Below are positions 25,101 through 36,665 of a DNA stretch of 64,000 nucleotides, in pieces (within the stretch, counting starts at the first letter, position 1; the number at the start of each line of letters is the position of its first letter). The position numbers were made by a program, and so were the translations under genes. Source of the stretch: Amoebophrya sp. A120 (lineage: Eukaryota; Protista; Dinoflagellata). The DNA lies in the NCBI GenBank assembly GCA_905178155.1, contig CAJINV010000004.1:8832411-8896410 (forward strand). Reading direction: 5' to 3'. The notes under the pieces were generated by a model. That model worked only from the letters and a program-made list of their open reading frames with translations, was not told the origin of the DNA and did no database searches.

Positions 25101-25896
25101 TCCGGGCAAAACCACATCCCAAGTTGCAGCCATCCCATCCCGCGACAAATGGCGAGTTAGTCGTCCGTGCGGCCGGACGGACGACTAACTCGCCGATGCT
25201 AGTTAGTTGAGTCAATTGTTACCCCGCTCCAATAAACTTCAGGTTCGAGGGCGACTTGAACGCCAACCGCCTGCAGCGCTGGTTGGACAAGTTGATCACG
25301 GAGAAGTCCAACGACCTCTTCCGGTACAAGGGCGTGCTGTCCGTGAAGAACATGCGCAAGAAGTTCGTCTTCCAGGGCGTGCACATGCTGATGGCAGCCG
25401 GGTTCTCGGAGGACTTGCAGTGGAAGGACGACGAAAAGCGTGAGTGCCGCCTGGTCTTCATCGGCCGCTTGTCCCCGGAGGACAAGAAGTTTTTGACCGA
25501 AAAGGTCCAGGACTGCAAGGCCGAGGACAACCTGCGCTTCAAAATCGGCGACAAGGTGCAGGCCAAGACGGGTATAATTCTGGAATTTCGATCTGCCACG
25601 TGCTGCTTTTGTGATTTTCGTTTTGTTTTCGGTTATGCACACCTTGTTTGGCGAGGTTCAGTTTTTATTTGATTCGCATTCAACGTGCGACGGATATTAT
25701 GTGTTGCTGTGAAGAGTACCAGAAGTTCAATCCCTACAAATATGAAACTTTTTCAGGTGCCCAGAAATGGGAAGTCGGGACTGTTATCAAGACCTGGGAC
25801 CAGGGTAACCCGTACCGTATCGAGATTGACGGCAGCGGCAAGAACGTGTGGGGTCCGGAGGACCGCGACATCTGCGTGCGCGCTGCTGAGGCGTAA
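22185..25896 (+). CDS. CobW/COG0523 (ZNG1-like) metal-chaperone GTPase with extra C-terminal beta domain
   Basis: Motifs TGFLGSGKTT, IENEFG, GCICCTVRGD, ETTGLADP, EQVAFAD, LNKTD and RYKG...FQGVH; 3 elements plus GT-AG introns 23221-23430, 23846-25242 and 25572-25756. Confidence 0.95.
22477..22755. mobile_element. Introner-like element, family B
   Basis: Near-perfect TIR; DR caaga; removal gives LYKKVEKFDG. Confidence 0.95.
22838..22987. mobile_element. Introner-like element, family C
   Basis: DR tcttc; removal gives QTFFVDE. Confidence 0.93.
23504..23755. mobile_element. Introner-like element, family A (close to the 62390 copy)
   Basis: DR cctga; removal gives FDLKRVLEMDPEF. Confidence 0.95.
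24345..24490. mobile_element. Decayed relic of a family H element inside a CobW canonical intron
   Basis: CCGATTGTAAGCCTGTTTGGGGTTATA...GTCTTCTTTGCCTAAAC matches the reverse complement of the interior of element 48016-48326. Confidence 0.6.
24527..25239. mobile_element. 713-bp insertion flanked by a 39-bp direct repeat; internal ~140-bp duplication and 18-bp hairpin
   Basis: DR 24488-24526 / 25240-25278 (1 mismatch); internal repeats 24658-24796 and 24969-25116; stem 25151-25168 / 25177-25194. Confidence 0.65.
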
Positions 25897-27457
25897 GTAA
25901 GCCGGGCAGTTTTATTTCCGGTGGAAGTTCATGTCAGGACATCTTTCACGTCGTCGTGAATCGTCTTTGCAGCCCCTGCGGGCATGTTCACGACGATCTC
26001 TGTTGGTTTTTTAAAGCAGCGCTTGCGCTACTGGAAAATTCATTGGCTGTTGTGACACACGGCGAGGGCACTTTGCTGACTGCGGTGATGCTGCATTTTG
26101 GCAGAGCCAGCTGTAGAAAGCTCGGTTCGGTCGTGTGACATCCGAGTCAGTGACATTGTCTGACTCGCGGCGTTTTGTATGCTCTACGAAAAAAAATTGT
26201 TCGAGAATAAAGTAAATTTTCAAGAAAAGTGGTTTGAAATCTCTTCTTACGGAAAGGATGCACTGAAGTAGACAGAATTGAGAACATCGACAGCTATTGG
26301 TAATAATGAACAGGAAAGCACAATTGTAAACAGCTTTTTAATCATCACCTGTAACGAACAAACGTTACAAAATCGAGTGGCTTTTTTATCATCTGATCTT
26401 CCAAAAAATTCCCGAATACTTACTTATTTTATTGCCATTTTCCGCGATGCCGCAGCGGGGCACGCTAGAAGAAGCTACCGCTTCTTTTAAGAATCTAAGG
26501 AGAGACGTCGCACGGTGAAGGTAAGTACACGCACCATCCTTGCTTCCAAGAAGCAGGCGGGATCCGCAACTGCCGACTGTGCAGGATGACGGTTTGTTGC
26601 TCAGGCCACGTTGGAAACCGAGGCTACGGCGACATGTCATACGATTTTTTTAGTGAAGGGACTTTCATTCTGGTGCACCCTCTGTGGACACATTGCTCGT
26701 CACACCGAAGAAAACCCGACCCAACAGTCGACAAAAACGTAAAAGCAAACTTTCACAAATTCCGAATTGGTAATCCATACAAGAGTGGCTATTTTGAATC
26801 TATAAATCATAATTTCTTTCCTCGATAAAGGGAAAAACATCGTGGTCCAACAGCGACGAACCGCTGTTGCGGGTCGTTGTGCTTCAATTCTTGAGACCAG
26901 CAAGCTGCTGGTTACCTACGACAATGTTCTGCGTCGTGTCTGTACTTGTCTATCGGGACAAAAAGCGGTCGCTAAACAGTTGATCATCTTCGTCACTTGG
27001 GGATATTATTCGTCTCAAGAGAGAAGGTAATGTTCTTGGACTTCATATAGCGTCTCTGGGCGGGGCCTCGTAGCGGTCACCTTCGTTCTCGTTTCTCGCC
27101 TTCTGCCGTGGACACGCGCTGTAACCGAAAATTTTCTGATTCTGATTCTGATTCTTGAAAAGAGTTGCGATTTCTCGCGAGAGAATTGTGCTGCTCTTTT
27201 TATTCTGTCATACCAGAGAGAAAGCGCTTGGGGGAAAAAGAAAGCCACAGCGTAAATTCCTGGCTGCACAAAATTGTAGCATCCTGTTCCGCAGGTATTT
27301 TTTTTCGAACTGGTCTCTTTGTAGTTGCACGCATTGGACGAGGTAGGAAGCAAGAGAAGCGGTCCAAGAAGCAATGGCAACAATAGAACAGCACTGACTG
27401 CCATATAGTACAACGGATGTAATAATTTCAAACAAGCCGAAAACCTAGACAAAAACC

Positions 27458-29931
27458 ATGCCGGAAGACGCGGAGGGCCTCGGGAATTACAAGGGCGTTA
27501 TGCTCTGCAACCGCCCTGGCGCAGAACAGGTTGCCGAATCCAGTTCAAAACCCTTTGTTCCCGTCGGCCATCACGAGCCCGTCGGCGTCCCACCCCCGTA
27601 CAACAAGGGCGCAACCATCGTAGACAGGCAGTGGGCGAGTTCGCCGAGAGCAGCCAAGCCGAAAAACAAGATATACGAGAACCATAAAGATTGGTTGAAA
27701 AGTTTAGAGAAGCGTGGAAAAGAGGTGGAGGAGGAAAGGATAAGTAACGAGCTTAGTGCGGAAGAAAAAAAAGTGCGGTTGAAGGTAACTAAGCACTTCG
27801 TAATGATTTGTGTTGCAGGATACACCATGGAGTAGCTTTTATCAAGGGAACGCTTGTTGAAACGGGTTGTCAATGTCATGTGTCAGCGCATGTACGGTAT
27901 TACAATGAATATAACATCAAGAACCAGTGCAAAAAAAAAATCCCATGTCGTCAACATGAATGTTACTATCACCCAGGCCCTCGCGGATAAGTACCGAACC
28001 GACGTGCGAGCCATGATGAACCAAGCAACCGACGAGAAAAAGAAGAGTGCAAAGAAGAGGTCAATACCACTGTGGGTGAAGGAGCGATGGGACAAGCGAA
28101 TCTGTATAGCAAAAATTAAAATTGCTCTGTGATAGTGATTTACGCATGACAGAGTTCTTCCTGTGCTTTCTTCTTCAAGATAAGTAATCTTCTACTAGCG
28201 TAAAAATGCGTAAATGAATCAAATGATCGTGATCCTCCACAACAGTTGAGGAAGCAGTGAACCTGACCCGCACCACGCAGCAAACGGAGGGGGATTCGAA
28301 GGACGAACCTGGAAATAAAGTTCCTCCAATAGAACCGGCTGAAGACCCGGAGGAGCTACTCGACTTTGCGTCCTCGCTGGATTTTGAGCAGTTTGTGGAC
28401 GATTTGGAATTTCGGGAAGCGTTGTCCGTCCTGCGCGACCGGGCGAAAAAGCTGGAGCGGGAGGAGAAATTGTTCCAAATGAACGTGTATGCACTGCAAA
28501 TCTGTCTGGGTCTGAAAAGAAGGGGACTTGTGATGCAAATGTTCCATCATAGAACAAAAACCTGTCTTGCATGAGCAGCAAAATGTACCAAGGTTTTTGT
28601 CACCGGGAGACGGAAACGGAATTTCTTATGCAGGATAGGCATGGGTGGACTGGGCAAGCCTCCGCGAAAGCTGTGATGTGAGGGCATGCATGACAGGCAT
28701 CGCGGGTCATGTACAACTTGCGTGAGAAACTCCCTCAATCCTCCAGACTCAGACATAGTTGCAGTGCATAACGTGGCCGAAATGTTGGCAGAGGAGGGCT
28801 ACACGGGGGATCGCGCGCCAAACCTGTTTTTCTCCGAGGAGCCCAACGCGGTGCTGAGCAAGGAAGACCGGGTATCCTCAGCAACAACGTGCCCACCCCA
28901 TAGTCAAGATGGGGAATCTGCTACATACATCAATAAGCTTTGCCTGTTGCGCATGACAGCCTCGCAATCAGATCTCGCATTAATCATGCTGATACGAGCA
29001 TCACAGATTATCTCAAAACAACACTAGAAAATTCGTCTTATGGGTCTACTTCGCATGAGAAGGATTGTCATCATGCAGGTTTGCATTACAACTCTAGGGT
29101 GGGGGCGATTTTTCACAGGATGCCGGAGGTTGATGAAGATTTTGGCGAAAAAGGAGAAGTTATCCTCAGCAAAAACGTCTCCACCCCATAGTCAAGTTGA
29201 AAAATCTGCAATGCAAGTCTCCAAGTTTTAGGAGTTGCGCATGACAAGTTTCCATCTGCAGCGTAGTGCTGGTTAGCAAGGGAGGCCGCGTGAGAAGGTC
29301 GCTTTCTCTTCCTGTTCACAGCATTACAAATGCCAACACTGGATTGGAAATGCCTGTCATGGAGATGGGCATTACAAATCTTCCTGTCATGGCGGATTTG
29401 TATGGCAATTGTAGGGTGGGGACGTTTTTACACAGGATAGAAGTACCGGGCCCGCATGCCCGCCGGGCTGGTGGAGAAGTACTGGGGCGAGGTAGTGCCG
29501 GATGAGGAGCAGGTATGCATTGCAAATTACTTTCTCTGGGTCTACTGGACATACTGTTGCTGGTAGTTGAATCGCAGAGGAGGAGCTGCTTGTCCGGCGC
29601 AACACCAGCATGGGAAAATGTGCGATTCTTATTGCAGACTCACTCGTAACCGTAAGCCGCATGACTAGCTGATTTAGTATTTCACGGCATGACAAAAACA
29701 TTGGCCAATCGCATTCCAGGCATCATAAATCCTTGTTGTCCTTCTGCTTCAACTCTTGCATCACAAATCCAGACCCAGATCGATAATTGCAACGCATAGG
29801 ACGAGGATGAGGTAGAAACGGCCACCGACGTCTCACAGCTTGTGGACGATGTGATGCCCAAACTCAAAGCCATCCACTCCAAGGCCAGCGCAACCAAGGC
29901 GGTCACCACCGCGGTTGAGGGCAAGGAGTGA
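27458..29931 (+). CDS. Conserved-looking hypothetical coiled-coil protein (YKGVMLCNRP...LDFEQFVDDLE...LKAIHSKAS)
   Basis: Open frame after removing 4 elements and two GT-AG introns. Confidence 0.7.
28488..28770. mobile_element. Introner-like element, family A
   Basis: DR acgtg. Confidence 0.87.
28873..29122. mobile_element. Introner-like element, family B
   Basis: DR ccggg/ccgga; right end ATG variant. Confidence 0.82.
29161..29439. mobile_element. Introner-like element, family B
   Basis: DR gaagt. Confidence 0.9.
29514..29798. mobile_element. Degenerate family A element, also a valid GT-AG intron (29513-29799)
   Basis: TATGCATTGCAA..TCTGGGTCT / AGACCCAGA..TTGCAACGCATA; DR gcagg/ggacg. 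Confidence 0.75.
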
Positions 29932-31174
29932 GAAGCTGAAAAAGTGCACCAGGACGACGAGGAGCTGCGATGCACGGGACCTGCGAGACGAGCTGGCTCA
30001 AGCTGTGCAGCTGATGAAGTGTGTGCACAACTATCTTGCTTAGCAAGAACCGTTTTAGTATCCTCGTTTTGAATCAATTCATCAAATCCAAACGTCTATT
30101 TCCTCAACATCGTAATTGATGTAGTGCGGAAAAATAACTAATACACAAAAAACCGTTTTCATCATCAAAGCTATTTGCGATCAGGTCTGAATCTGGTTCA
30201 GATCTTGCGAGTACAAGACCCGTTTTCATCAAGTTTATTCACCGATCACACACGACGACAATGTTGTTTATCTAACTAAAAATCTGAACGGAGTCTATGG
30301 CGAAATGAATGTTGTAAATGCAATTAGATGGTGGAGAACAAGACGTGCTGCTGTACAAAAAGTGTTTCAATGGCCACCGCAAATGAACGCGAAACCAAAT
30401 AAAGTACTAGATCGTGCTGCCAAAATCAAGCGGAGCAGAATCAAGCTGTGCTGGGAGCGGCAAAGCCCGACGGGGGGCACAACACTCGAGGAGTTTTCAA
30501 TTTGTGATCACCCGTCGGTCTTAATGTGATTTGAATGTCAGATTAGCACCTATGAAATGAAATGAGACTACACCTTCTGAGTCGAGCCGATCCTTCGGAA
30601 TCAAGACATTTCAGCGAGGACAAGAAGGAGGTCATTGTCATGAGCGTGGAAATTTGAATTTCAGATCTGGCGCGGCTCTTCCCGTGATAGCAAAATGTTG
30701 ATCCCCTTCGGTGGTTCGTTCGCGAGTTTTCTGTTGCAATAGAATCTTTACCGATCATAAATCGTGAGAAATTCATTTTTCCGACTTCTACCGCTGACAC
30801 CTAGCAGCAGGTTCTTATTATTCCTTTTCTATTGGATTTGGCATTGCCTTTGGGCGAAAGTAAGATTCTTATATAATGCAAGAGCAAGAAGACGCGCCGT
30901 TTTTCTTCTGAGTGTGGGCCTCAGTAAAAAACTTCAAGTGAGTATAAAACTTCCCCCCGCATATTGACTTTTTTCTTTCGAAGCTACGGTTCGTAAATTG
31001 CTCCGCTTTATTTTTTCCAACTCATCGGGATATCAGTACCTTCCTCAATTTCTATTTCTTGAATTCGAGAAGTAGTAAAATTCAAGTATTAGTATTAGTT
31101 CTTCGTGTTGCAAGTTGGTCACTCCTTCTGTCAACAAAAACTATTATCACACATCACCCCACAGAACGAGAAGT

Positions 31175-32428
31175 ATGCTGCTGTTCTTGCGAACGAGCAC
31201 AGCCGGCTGGCTTGCCTGCTGTTTGCTTCGCTGTCCGTTCTCTGCCGCTGCCAGGGTTCTTTCCGGCGAAACAACATCTGCATCAAGTACAAGTGGGAGC
31301 ACCTCGGAAACCGCGCCCGCGCGTGCTGGGAAGGACAGTGCTGGTGCTCGTGTTTTGCGCAGTGTCAATATCGTGTCGAACATCCTTTCGTATGCAGATG
31401 GTGTGGTATCACGGGACCAGCTGCTGTTGCGGGACCGAGCACAAAAAAGGCTCAAGGATTATAGACAGCGAGGAGGATTCCCACTACGCCTGCTGGCCCA
31501 ATTTCTGAAAGGCGTGCTGAATATTTATAAAGGGCCCCAGCCGATGCCGAGTGGCGGCAAGAAGTTGGCGCACCGGAAGAAGTTGGCGCAGCACCGGGAG
31601 AAGTTGTCGCACCGGAAGAAGTTGGCGCAGTTGAACCGCAATACACGTGCCATCATCCGCCCGCCCAAAGCGCTGGACGCAGAGTAGACGTATGCTTGCC
31701 GCCGTTGGGGCAAGCACGCGCCAACGGAGGCCTTACTGAAAAATACCTGGGTGACTGAAGATTCTGAAGGTTTGGATGGTATGGTTCTCTATCCGGAGGA
31801 GTACTTCGTGAAAGGCAAAGGGCCAGCGAACGAGGGGCATCAGCACTGGGAGTTTACGGGAGATTTGAGCCATCTCGGAGACTCGATCCACAGAGACGCC
31901 TTTCCCCTGATTTTCGCGGCGGAGAATGAGCTGAGAGAGTCCTCGACTACCCGGGTCGGGTTCCGAGGCTTATCGGAAAAGGAGCTAGCGGCTGCTTATC
32001 TGCGGCATCAAACCCCCCTTCCCAGTGACCATGTAGTTCCTGCTTCGCTGCTGACGGAGGAGCCGTACTTTGAGGCGCGCGGGCTGAATTATTATCCCTC
32101 GGAATATCCACGACGGATACCGCCTCATGATACGGTTGATGAAGACCTTGTGTTGAAGTTCTCCGCTACACCCTTCAGCAGCGCCGCTCTGAAGCGCCTT
32201 CTGGATCCGCAGAAAAATCGTTCCCGGGGGCGATACTACTTCCCGAAAAATTGGCTCATTGCAGAGGGAGAAGGGGTGTTCACCTTCATCCGTTGCGGAG
32301 AGCCTTCAGACTACATCAAAAAGAGGGACTACTTCGACACTCCTGGTTGCGAAGCGACCGTCTGCTTGCCCGCGGGAGCGGAAGAAGAACTTGTCGCGGC
32401 GCGCCCGCCAAACACAGACGAGGATTAA
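31175..32428 (+). pseudogene. Secreted-protein paralog 1, intronless, with in-frame TAG at 31685-31687
   Basis: Signal-like MLLFLRTSTAGWLACCLLRCPFSAAA; same frame continues after the TAG; both paralogs have CAG at this position. Confidence 0.7.
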
Positions 32429-33523
32429 GCGCCGTAGTTAAAAACTACCTGCGAGGAGTACCTTATCAACGTATTTTAAGGTCTAGATTTATTAAGATGG
32501 TGCTCGTGCTGGCGGCCGCTGGTGTGCACCTAGGTTTGTTGTTCAGAGCTATTTATACGAGTCTTGTGGGAATACTAACTAACTAACTTATTTATGTGCT
32601 TTCGTCGTGTATGAAGATTTAGGTCCTTATGAACACGAAGAAGACCTCCACCTCCACCTCCTGGAATGTGATTGTCAGCAAAGTGCCCAATTGCTGTAGC
32701 GTCTTTCATACGCCTTCTGAAGTCAATGGGAACTACTACACCGCTGAAAGGGAGCAGCACGATGAACTAGACTGCTGAAAGGGCAGGGAGATGACGGAAA
32801 ATAAAAACTTCTTCAACTACGCCTACACCTTGAAGGTCTGTGCTACAAAGATCATCGTCTAGTTTTTGCTCCTCGTGCTGCTGTTCGTTGCTCAACCTAA
32901 TCTCGATGAACAACGACAAACAAGCCTGGCTTTAAATTACAGATCGAAGCGATCTATGCGGAATCTAAATTTCACTGAGGAGATCATCGTCGTGAGCATG
33001 GAAAGTTCAGATCGATATCGCGGTTCTCGCCGTAAAGAAAAGATCTTTGACAAAGCAGCAAAAATGTCGATCCTTTCGCTCCAATGGGTCGGTCGTGAAT
33101 TTTCTCTTGCAATATGTAGAATTTCTACCGATCATACTGAGATATTCACTCCGACTAGCGATCACACACACAGCAGCAGGTTTTTTTCTTTATCAACTCG
33201 AGAAAGTATTCTGTAAGATAATTGTATAAAGCAAAAGCATCGTAATTGTTTTCCTTCAGTCCGGGCCTGATTAAAATACTTCAAGTGAGTATAAAACTTC
33301 GCGCATAGTTAGTAACTTTTTTCGTTCGAAGTTGTAGTTTGTATACCTGCTCCTGTTCATCTTTGCTACACTGCTCACCGGGATATCAGTATCTTCGTCA
33401 ATTTCTATTTCTTGAATTCGAGAAGTAGTAGTAAAATTCAATTATTAGTTTCTCGTGTTCAGCACGTGCTTACTCATTGCTTCAAAAAATATTTTATCAC
33501 ACACCTCCAGATCATCGAGAAGT

Positions 33524-35110
33524 ATGTTGCTGTTGCGAACGAGCATCAAAGCCGGCTTGCTTGCCTGCTGTTTCCTGCTTCGTTGTCCGTTCTCCGCCGC
33601 TGCGGGGGTAGGTTTTTCCGGCGGAAAAGCGTCTGCATCAAGTAGAAGTGGTAGCACTAGCACTAGCCCGCGCGCGCGTGCTACGGACGAGGGCACTTCT
33701 AGCAGTACTGCTGTTTTTGACGACGCTAACATCGCGTCGAACATCCTTTCTTTTCCGGTCGGAGAAGCGGAAGATCCTTCGCGGGAGCAGTTGCGGGCCC
33801 GAGCACAAAAAAGGCTCGACGATTTTCGACGCGTGGCTGCGAAAAATCTGAGCCAGCAAGAAGTCTCACAGAGCGGCGGTGTACTGCAGCAGTTGGCCCA
33901 GTTTTTGGTTGGCGCGCTGAACGAAAAGTCCTCGCCGGGCGGCCGGAAGAAGGTGGCGTGGCTGAACAAGGACACTTCGCGCCTCGTTCCCGCGTCCACC
34001 GGCGCCGCCGGGAAACAAGCGCTGGACGCAGACCAGACGCATGTTGCTTGCCGCCCTTGGGGGAGTCACAATACAGATGAGATTTTCCTCCTCGAGACAC
34101 CGTGGCCGTCCGACGGCCCCCAGAAGTTGTTCACCGATAAACGGACGGTTCTAAATGGGATGGTTCTCGATTCGGCGGAATACAAAAAAAAGCTACCGGA
34201 AATGCAACACTGGGTCTTCGAGTTATCCTGAGTAGAAACGCCTCCACGAGGTGCGTGGACCACCCCATAGTTAAGATGGGAACTTGGCAACACAATAAAT
34301 CCAGAAGCTCTTCGAGTCACCACGCATGACAAGCTTCTCTCTGTAGTGTAGAAGTGCAGGATAGCTGCGAGGAGGACAGCCGCGGCGTTGCAAATGCATC
34401 TGCTTCGTCTCCTGTTTACAGCATTACAAATTTTTACAAAAGAAGAGGACAACGAGAAATGCCTCTCATGGGGATCATGCGCATCCCAAGCGTTGCTCCG
34501 TATGCAAATGTGCATCACATCAACTATGGGTTGGGGACGTTTATTTTCCTTAGGATACACAGGCGATGTAGACCAACTCGAAGCGTCGTCATCTTCGGGG
34601 TTCCACAAAGACAGGTTTCCGCTGATTTTTGCCTCGGTCGAGACGGAGATGCCGGAGGAGTTTCGACGCAGCGCGGATCTCCCGGAGGAGTTTCGGCGCA
34701 GAGCGGAGGCGTTTCGGCGCAGAGCGGCTGGGTATGTATATCCGTTCTTCGAGGCGCGCGGGCTAGGGTATTATGTTCACGGCGCCCGCGAAGGCGAACG
34801 CGAAGATCTGGTGCTGAAGTTTTCCGCGTCCCCCCTCAGCTTGGATTCGTTGCAGAGTCTTGCTACCCCGGAACGAAGTTTTTTTCTTGGTCGGTGGAGC
34901 TACCCGCGCAATTGGCTCCTTGCGGAAGGAGACGGGGTTTTTACCTTTATCCGCTGTGCAAGTCCTGCAATTCCGCGTCGGGATTCTCGAATTCCATTTC
35001 CTACTTCTCGACCCAACGGTTCCACTTCCGAGGAACGCACCTTTTCATACTTTTCATATCTTTACTCTAGCAGTCCTGGGTGCGAGGCGACTGTCTGCTC
35101 GCCCGCCTAA
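33524..35110 (+). CDS. Secreted-protein paralog 2 (1 element)
   Basis: Signal peptide; shared motifs REQLRARAQKRLDD, CRPWG, FEARGL, DLVLKFSA, NWLLAEGDGVFTFIRC and GCEATVC. Confidence 0.8.
34224..34557. mobile_element. Introner-like element, family B (diverged)
   Basis: Family B TIR; flanks cgagt/cacag are a decayed DR; removing 5 nt gives WVFTGD, matching paralog WEFTGD. Confidence 0.8.
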
Positions 35111-36665
35111 GGGGGGGAAAAATTGCTCCTCGGGGCTGCACGTCCGTCAGCTGGGGACGAGGATGAAGTAATATCGGAAGTAACAAAGTAATATACTTCG
35201 AGGACCACGTCGCACCTTGGCAAAGTATTCTAAGTATGTAGACTTTAAATTCAAGGTCGCAATTTGTTCTTCATCGAGGTAGTTCTTAATACACAACAAA
35301 ACAGCTGCACTATACGGCTTGCAACTGTCGATCTTATTTTTTACGCGGCTTGTTTGTCGCGATAGGCCTTGTCCGTCGTATCATATTCGTAAATCGTCAA
35401 CGTGGATGAAGCCGAAACATATTACATGCCGTGAAATCATTATTGCGAGAGCGGAAATACAGAAGACAACTAAGAACTACCGGAAAAATGGTCCATATGG
35501 GCGGCAGGACCTGGCGCAAGGTGAAACTAAGTAAAGTAGGTATGTGGATGAAATCAGCATTTTCAATGGCTTGCTTTTGTCAGGCACTGGGACTAAGACT
35601 ATCAGTAATGTCGGGGGGAGGCTGGCAGGTACTACAATGTCATTGAAGCTGGTTCAATGACAATGAAGCTGGCAAGAGGTACATCAAGCATTTATTAGTG
35701 GACACGTTTTGGTTTATCTTTATTTGCTTTCGTCGTGTATGATTTAAGTTCCGTATGAACACGAAGAAGACCTCCACCACCTCGCGGAGTGTGATTCTTT
35801 ACAGACCAAGTAGAGGAGGTGTCCGTCAGCTAAGTGCCCAATTGCTATAGCGTCTTTCATGATACGCCTTCTGAAGTAAATGGGATTTTGACCAAGATGG
35901 ACACCGTTGCAAGGGCGAGGACATGAAAGAAAATAAAAACATCTTCAGCGTCTACACCTTGAAGGTCTGTGCTACAAAGATCATCGTGTAGTTTTTACTC
36001 CCCGGCGTGCTGCTGTTCGTTGCTCAACCTAAGTAATCTCGATGAACGACGACGGCAAACAAGCCTGGCTTTAAATTACAGATCGAAGCGATCTATACGG
36101 AATCTAGTGAATCAATTTCGCCGAGGACAAGATCTCCGTCGTGAGCATGGAAAGTTCATATCGATATCGCGGCGCAAACTTGCCGTAAAGATCTTTGTTG
36201 GTAAAGCCGCAAAAATGTCGATCCTCTCCAACGGATCGGTCAGGAATTTTGGCGATCAAATTATTTTCATCGATGATCATGAGATGATGAGAAATTCATT
36301 CCGACTAGCGAACACACGGAGCAGCAGCCGGTTTCGCTTCTTTGTCCTTGGTTACAGTATTCATTTGAGAGATTGTATATTATGCAAGAGCCCATGCTTT
36401 TCTACTTCTGAATCAGGCTTTGAGTACAAAACTTCAAGTGAGTACTTTAGAATTCACAATAAAAATTTGCGCATACTCATACTTTTTTGTTTTTCCGTTC
36501 GAAGCTGCTGTAGTTTGTGAGCTGCTCTCGTCTGCTAACGCATCGGGATATCAGTATCTTCGTCAATTTTGAATTCCTGAATTCGAGTAGTGGCTTTCTT
36601 GAATTTTTCCACTCGTAGCGCAAGTGCTTACTGCATCAAAAAAAATTCACACACCTCCAGAAAGT

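Noticed and set aside
32574-32590. (CTAA)n tracts here and at about 47652, and (CTGATT)n at about 27135
   Set aside because: Too short; ordinary microsatellites, not telomeric repeats
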